From an uncultured Candidatus Saccharibacteria bacterium (lineage in GTDB: Bacteria > Patescibacteriota > Minisyncoccia > Minisyncoccales > CAZJJV01), in contig CAZJJV010000001.1 of assembly GCA_964546415.1 (NCBI GenBank), positions 1 through 39,142 of the forward strand: DNA of 39,142 nt, in the 5' to 3' direction. The position numbers and the translations under genes were made by a program. The notes under the pieces are model-generated. The model did no database searches, was not told the origin of the DNA, and worked only from the letters and a program-made list of their open reading frames with translations. Of the stretch, positions 34,245-39,142 are shown piece after piece (within the stretch, counting starts at the first letter, position 1; every line of letters begins with the position of its first letter).

Positions 34245-35966
34245 TTACTGCCAGTCGTCAGATTCACTTGTTACCCCTGCAATGGTGTTAGTTCCGGTAT
34301 AAGTACCAGGAGGAGTACCATCAGGAACCTCCAACAACCAATAGATAGCCTTAGATGCAGGGCTTCCGGTGGTGGTAGTTTTTGGGCAGTTAAGTTCGTA
34401 TTCAGTAGCGCTAGTGCTTAAATCAGTACCATTGCCATAACTAAAGCCACTAGTGAAAGAGTGTTCTTGATAACTTACGGCAATTGTATTGCCTCCAGAG
34501 GTCATATCTGTTCCGGAAAGCTCTACATCTAGTCCTACATTTCCGGTCGCCTTGACGGTGGTGGATTGCTCAGAAGAAACATTTCCTGCAGAAACATTTC
34601 CATAACCGATACTTGATTCTACCACATCATAAGCGAGAAACATTCCCACATCATTTCCGTCAGCATCTTCTACCAAGCCACTATCAGCTGAATCATCATC
34701 TATGGCTTTGACTGAGACCAACCAATTTTGACTAGGATATTCGGTGTCTGTTCCGGTAGGATCAGCATGGTACTGGAGAGAAAAAGTGCAGGTCCAGGTA
34801 GCGTTTGAGTCGCTAGTGCCACCACAAGAGCCATCGTCTTGGGAACAACTAGGATTCCAAAGAGCATAAGCCTCAGGGTAACAATAGTTGGCATTATATT
34901 CTCCTGCTTCATCACATCCTGTTTGGCCAATTCCTGAACGATAAACATTGATGATTGCTGAAGCAATTTCATTTTCCGAAGAAGAATTTTCGCAACTATT
35001 ATCATCAGTAACAGTAAATTTTACCTTAAAGCCTGAGGTTTCTCCTTCAGCCACTGTTAAGCTTAAACTTCCTGACTCATCGGTATCAAGTAGCTCAATA
35101 GAAGAGGCAGTAATGCTTGGAGCAACATTACTTACAGTTAAGGTAGAATCAGTTCCCTGGGATCCTCCACTGGCTTCAAAACCATGATTGTCTACGACAA
35201 ATCCATAGGCTGAATAATTATCATCTGGATAGGGGGTGGTAATATCATAAGAACAACTGGGGTTGCTGGCAGAGGCTGTGCTATGACACCATTCCCCGTC
35301 TCCACAAGAAGGACTGTCTCCTCCGGTGAAAGAATCGCTTTTACAAACATAAAGAGTAACTGTATCTGAGCTCCCATCAGTATCTGAATCTGATGCGGTG
35401 GTTGTCCAGGTTACAGTGTTGCCAGGGTCAGTTGGTGAATCATCTGAATAAGCAGTAAATGAGGGCCGATGATTTACCTTAAAAGGAGTTCCTGAGTCTC
35501 CTGAACCTTGGTTTGCTGAGGAACATTGAGCACTGGAACCGTTGCCGTCACAAGCGAAAGCATACCACTCATTAGATTCTGAATCTGCATCTTGGGTAGT
35601 ATAAGAGCAAGATGCTTCGCTTTCATCAGCAGTAGCAGTAGATATACACCACTCACCTCCTGGACATGTTGGCGCTCCTCCATTAGTCGCACTTATCTCA
35701 TTTGTTTTACAGACAGCCAAATACCAATCTTCTCCATTAGGATCGTCAGCGGTGGCTTTGAAGGTAACATTTTGACCAGCGTCTGTTGGAGAAGTGCTAG
35801 AAGAAGTAGGATCTTCGTGAGGATCTACGGTAAAACTGGGAGGAGCATTCCCTACTGTTACTGAAGTGGAAACATCGGTTGCCTCTACCAGTTTTTGCCA
35901 AATCAATACTACCCCTCCACTGATGACCAACAAACACAAAAGTCCCAGCAAAATTCTCTTAGCCAT
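34245..35966 (-). CDS. large acidic, Cys-paired, Ser/Thr/Asp-rich secreted protein with tandem Ig/cadherin-like modules and a C-terminal module shared with the 36110-37966 product
   Basis: N-terminal signal/anchor. Two tandem repeats share PSFT...VCK(T/S)...C(P/G)xGEWC(I/H)STA...SCSY. A third module starts VSNVAPSI. The C-terminus has TGNVGLDVELSGTDMT...IYWLLEVP...GTYTGT. Very few Lys/Arg. Confidence 0.6.
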   Translation of the reverse strand: MAKRILLGLLCLLVISGGVVLIWQKLVEATDVSTSVTVGNAPPSFTVDPHEDPTSSSTSPTDAGQNVTFKATADDPNGEDWYLAVCKTNEISATNGGAPTCPGGEWCISTATADESEASCSYTTQDADSESNEWYAFACDGNGSSAQCSSANQGSGDSGTPFKVNHRPSFTAYSDDSPTDPGNTVTWTTTASDSDTDGSSDTVTLYVCKSDSFTGGDSPSCGDGEWCHSTASASNPSCSYDITTPYPDDNYSAYGFVVDNHGFEASGGSQGTDSTLTVSNVAPSITASSIELLDTDESGSLSLTVAEGETSGFKVKFTVTDDNSCENSSSENEIASAIINVYRSGIGQTGCDEAGEYNANYCYPEAYALWNPSCSQDDGSCGGTSDSNATWTCTFSLQYHADPTGTDTEYPSQNWLVSVKAIDDDSADSGLVEDADGNDVGMFLAYDVVESSIGYGNVSAGNVSSEQSTTVKATGNVGLDVELSGTDMTSGGNTIAVSYQEHSFTSGFSYGNGTDLSTSATEYELNCPKTTTTGSPASKAIYWLLEVPDGTPPGTYTGTNTIAGVTSESDDWQ

Positions 35967-36109
35967 TTTTTATTTAAATTGTTTTAAATAGATTTATTTT
36001 AGAAAGCGGATCGACCTTTAAGGGCTATTATTTTATTATAACAAACCAATCATCTTTTGTTTAATAATTATCTTATTATATCTTCAAAAACCTTCTTCGT
36101 AAACCAATA

Positions 36110-37966
36110 TTATGGGCAAAAACTGTCTGAAACCACATCAAAAGAGATGTTTCCAGAATAGGTTTGGCTGGGTTTGTCTAAAGGAACCTTTAACTTCCAA
36201 TAAATATATTCTGATTGGTCAGAAGGATGGGTAGTGGGTTTGGTGGTGGATAATTCATGACAGGTAGGGGTGTTGGTCAAAGCAGTGCCTTCGCTGTCCC
36301 AATTAAAGCCAGAAGTAGAAGAATATTTCTGTTGGCTTACCGGAATAGAATAAGTAGACCAGGTTAGGTCAGTTCCTGAAAGTTGAACATCCACGGCTAC
36401 ATTACCAGTGGTAGTAATTAAAACTTGTTTTTCTACTGAAACCTGATTAGGATTGACAGTGCCGTAATTAATGCTAGAGACATCTAACTTAAAAGCAGCC
36501 AATTCATTAATGGTTACAGTTTGGGTATTGAAGGCAGATTGAGATTGAGAATCAGTGGCCGTAACCTTTGCTGTCCACTGATTGGAAGCATTAGCATGAA
36601 ACCAGACATCTACAGTGGCTTGGGCTTCAGCAGAAGTGTCTCCAGGACCGGTGCAGGTATCATCCACTTCAGTAAAGGTTAAATTAGGATAACAATCATT
36701 ATCATCAGCAGTGCAACTATCTGTCTCTGCTCCAGCGTCATAAAAAACCCCACTAATTGAGCCATTTACAAAAACATCTTCACAACCATTGAGGTCAGAA
36801 ATGGTGGCAGTAATGGTTACGGTGGTGGTTGAATCGGCATTCAAATCTATGGGGCTTGGCAAGATGCTAATACTGTCTACTGTTGGAGACTGGTTTCCAA
36901 CCTGAAGAGTAGTGCTACCAGAGATGGCTACCGGAAAGGTGCCACTAACTGTGCCACTAGAAATTGTTACATCACTACTAGAAGAAATTTCAATATCAAG
37001 GGTTTCTCCATCTGAGGCTCCAGAACCCACATCTAAAACCACATAAAGACAAACCTGAGATGTCCCCACCGTCATTGTGCCACTAACAGTGGCTTTTTCG
37101 CTCGCATTAAAAGAGGCGGCTGTACCAAAAAGGGTTTCTGTCCCATCATAATTACAGGTGGCGGCGGTTTCATAATATATATCAACATTTGAAAGATTAG
37201 AATTAGCATTCACGGTGCCAGTTTCACTAATCACAATTTGGCTGACGGTTACGGTGCTAAAATCCGTTGCCATTGTAAAGGCCCCACCCACATAACTATT
37301 GGTTGAAGGAATATCCATTCTTGAAACCTGGCTTCCTGTACTTTGTATCGTAAGGGTAGGAAGGGTGTAGGTAACTGTAATCCAAACATAATCAAAACGA
37401 ATAGCATCAGGTGCGGCCCCATCCTTATTAGTAAATTCTATATCAACATTTTGGAGCTCTGATTTGGTATCCACACCTTGGGCATATAGATCATAGGTTA
37501 AATCCCCGCTCCAGCCAGTGATATCAGTTGGTTTAATAGTCGTGTTTGTTAATCCGCTTCCATTATCATAACGCACATAATTGGGCCCATTGTAACCATC
37601 CTCTGCCCCATATTCTAAGTGTAAAACAGCCCCAGTAATGTTTGCATTATCTGGAATAGAAGAAACATCAAAAGTATCAATATACATTATCTGGTTTTTA
37701 TCAACAAAATAGCATCCATCACCAGCTGAATCAGGTGCTGTGCCGTCTGGATCACAAGTAGCATCATCTGCCGTAATTTCACTTAAGGCAGAGGGCGAAG
37801 AATCGTTTGAATGCTTTGAGGCCGGTAAAATATTCACTGTATCAGCTTTTATTTGTTCGATTCTAAAAGGAGGAGGTAGTCCTTTCCAGGTTTGCCACCA
37901 ATCAGAAAAGACCCAAAGAAGCATTAAAAAGATTATAATAGAAAACTTTAAAAACCCCTTTTTCAT
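36110..37966 (-). CDS. large acidic secreted multi-domain surface protein, C-terminal half paralogous to the 34245-35966 product
   Basis: N-terminal signal anchor. Beta-rich modules (ITGAVLHLEY...FDYVWITVTY; VTVSQIVISETGTVNANSNLSNVDIYY). VGNQSPTV Ig-like module. The C-terminus has TGNVAVDVQLSGTDLT...YIYWKLKVP...QTYSGN. Confidence 0.6.
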   Translation of the reverse strand: MKKGFLKFSIIIFLMLLWVFSDWWQTWKGLPPPFRIEQIKADTVNILPASKHSNDSSPSALSEITADDATCDPDGTAPDSAGDGCYFVDKNQIMYIDTFDVSSIPDNANITGAVLHLEYGAEDGYNGPNYVRYDNGSGLTNTTIKPTDITGWSGDLTYDLYAQGVDTKSELQNVDIEFTNKDGAAPDAIRFDYVWITVTYTLPTLTIQSTGSQVSRMDIPSTNSYVGGAFTMATDFSTVTVSQIVISETGTVNANSNLSNVDIYYETAATCNYDGTETLFGTAASFNASEKATVSGTMTVGTSQVCLYVVLDVGSGASDGETLDIEISSSSDVTISSGTVSGTFPVAISGSTTLQVGNQSPTVDSISILPSPIDLNADSTTTVTITATISDLNGCEDVFVNGSISGVFYDAGAETDSCTADDNDCYPNLTFTEVDDTCTGPGDTSAEAQATVDVWFHANASNQWTAKVTATDSQSQSAFNTQTVTINELAAFKLDVSSINYGTVNPNQVSVEKQVLITTTGNVAVDVQLSGTDLTWSTYSIPVSQQKYSSTSGFNWDSEGTALTNTPTCHELSTTKPTTHPSDQSEYIYWKLKVPLDKPSQTYSGNISFDVVSDSFCP

Positions 37967-38161
37967 TTTTGAAAAACCGTTTATTTTATTTTACCTCATT
38001 TTTTAAAAACCTACTACCAACCAAAAATGAATCCATCTAAAGGAACGGTTTTGCGACCCCAAAGAGCGGGCTTTCAAAAATATTTCCGTCTTTTATAAAC
38101 CATCTAATAGACCCTCAATTTCTTTTACTTTTTAGAAGAAGTTTTGAGGTGAGAAATTTTA

Positions 38162-38170
38162 TGTTATAAA
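38162..38170 (+). promoter_or_regulatory. extended -10-like element TGTTATAAA, 14 nt upstream of the ATG at 38185
   Basis: Read directly. Same TGnTAnAAn pattern as at 9063-9071, 20383-20391 and 25308-25316. Confidence 0.3.
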
Positions 38171-38184
38171 TATATTAGATTACT

Positions 38185-39057
38185 ATGAATGTTATAATAA
38201 CCAACCCACTAAATCTTAAAGAATTAAAAAAAGAACTTAAAGAAGAGGGATCAGAAAAAATTCACGTCCTTAGTGATTTTGATAAAACCCTAACTTGTGC
38301 TTTTGTTGATGGTGAAAAAACACCTTCATTAATCTCTATTTTGCGTGACGGAAATTACTTAACCCCTGATTATGCTGAGAAAGCCCATGCTTTGTTTGAC
38401 AAATATCATCCTATTGAAATTGATCCAGGTATTCCATTAGAAGAAAAGAAAAAAGCAATGCATGAATGGTGGAAAACCCATTTTGATTTACTTATTAAAT
38501 GTGGATTAAAAAAGAAAGACATTGAAGATGTTGTTAATTCAAACAAAGTAAAATTTAGAGAAAGCGCCTTAGAACTTATTAATTTACTTTATAAAAACAA
38601 TATTCCATTGGTTATAATTTCCTCTAGTGGGCTTGGCAAATACGCTTTAGAACTTTTATTAAAAAAACATAACAGCCTATATGATAATGTTTACATAATT
38701 TCTAATGACTATATTTGGGATGAAAACGGAAAAGCCATAGACGTAAAAGAACCAATTATTCATTGTATGAACAAAGATGAAACTGTGTTGGATGAATTCC
38801 CTTTTTATAAAGAAATAGAAAAAAGAAGGAATGTTGTTTTGCTTGGGGACAGCCTTGCAGATATTGATATGGTACAGGGTTTTGATTATAAACATTTACT
38901 AAAAATAGGTTTTCTAAACGAAAAAGTAGAAGAACTTCTTCCTGAATATAAAAAGCGTTTCGATGTTATTATTCCCAACGATGGCTCTATGGGCTTTGTA
39001 TTGGAACTAATGAGAGAAATCTTGAGCCAACCAAAACCCCCTAGTAACACTCCTTGA
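38185..39057 (+). CDS. HAD-superfamily pyrimidine 5'-nucleotidase of the UMPH-1 / cytosolic 5'-nucleotidase III type
   Basis: Motif I VLSDFDKTLT (DxDxT). Near-colinear resemblance to animal NT5C3 as I recall it: YHPIEIDPGIPLEEKKKAMHEWW, IPLVIISSSGLG, YIISNDYIWDENG, IIHCMNKD, VVLLGDSLADIDM and LLKIGFLNEKVEELLPEYKKRFDVI. Confidence 0.75.
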   Translation: MNVIITNPLNLKELKKELKEEGSEKIHVLSDFDKTLTCAFVDGEKTPSLISILRDGNYLTPDYAEKAHALFDKYHPIEIDPGIPLEEKKKAMHEWWKTHFDLLIKCGLKKKDIEDVVNSNKVKFRESALELINLLYKNNIPLVIISSSGLGKYALELLLKKHNSLYDNVYIISNDYIWDENGKAIDVKEPIIHCMNKDETVLDEFPFYKEIEKRRNVVLLGDSLADIDMVQGFDYKHLLKIGFLNEKVEELLPEYKKRFDVIIPNDGSMGFVLELMREILSQPKPPSNTP

Positions 39058-39142
39058 TTTTTGATATGGAAAAAACTATAAATAATCAAATCCCAAAATG
39101 ATTTTATGACAAAAACAAAACTAAAATTAGAAGGAAAAAGGA

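Noticed and set aside
29010-37966. Sortase (LPxTG), PEP-CTERM/exosortase, SLH-domain or type IV pilin (G|FTLxE) signals in the surface proteins
   Set aside because: The C-terminal TM-plus-basic-tail ends lack a preceding LPxTG, PEP or PGF motif. The N-termini lack the class III prepilin signature, and no SLH repeats are seen.
38028-38099. 23-codon mini-ORF (MNPSKGTVLRPQRAGFQKYFRLL) in the divergent spacer
   Set aside because: It is too short, has no recognisable family or upstream signal, and may simply lie within the promoter region.
1-39142. Alternative genetic code (UGA = Gly, code 25), as in some CPR lineages
   Set aside because: UGA terminates well-supported full-length genes, for example TGA at 4687-4689 (FemAB), 18122-18124 (murD), 21991-21993 (gltX) and the complement of 33210-33212. 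No conserved protein requires read-through.
1-39142. CRISPR arrays, rRNA genes, transposases / IS elements, prophage or a DGR (reverse transcriptase with TR/VR pair)
   Set aside because: I saw no regularly spaced direct repeats, no rRNA-like stretches and no transposase or RT motifs. The variable-looking surface proteins have no nearby RT gene or template-repeat copy within this window.
39106-39142. ATG at 39106 opening a frame (MTKTKLKLEGKR...) that runs off the window
   Set aside because: Only 12 codons are visible, which is insufficient to support a call.

Overview
AT-rich, very compact bacterial window using the standard code: UGA is a stop, for example in the ATGA start/stop overlaps at 4686-4689 and 24174-24177. 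Short gaps, frequent overlaps, few Shine-Dalgarno sequences, Lys-rich proteins, cohesin/dockerin-type surface proteins and tandem GT39 glycosyltransferases suggest a Candidate Phyla Radiation / Patescibacteria (Parcubacteria-like) genome; this assignment is inference only. Content in order: (1) A partial alpha/beta hydrolase, then a cell-wall/division block of membrane-fused MurF-like ligase, DegT aminotransferase, FemAB transferase and ftsQ. (2) Two tandem GT39/PMT-type membrane glycosyltransferases on the minus strand. (3) A CIRCE-controlled heat-shock operon hrcA-grpE-hsp20-dnaK-dnaJ. It ends in a tRNA-Lys(UUU) wedged with no spacer between dnaJ and a MiaB/MtaB-family methylthiotransferase, followed by lysS, murD, ftsW, murG, gltX and a small secreted protein. 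(4) A Xer-type recombinase, uppS translationally coupled to a geranylgeranyl-reductase-like flavoprotein, rpmA, pyrG, rplI and an S41 protease. (5) At 29.0-38.0 kb on the minus strand, a seven-gene, partly overlapping operon of secreted or anchored proteins: two cohesin-like C-terminally anchored proteins, a GxxExxY protein, a Cys-rich dockerin-bearing protein, a two-beta-sandwich anchored protein and two large acidic multi-domain paralogues. This is my main candidate for an uncharacterised system, possibly surface display or host attachment. (6) A eukaryote-type UMPH-1 pyrimidine 5'-nucleotidase homologue. I found no CRISPR array, rRNA, transposase or prophage. Function calls rest on motif recognition by eye and no database search was run.
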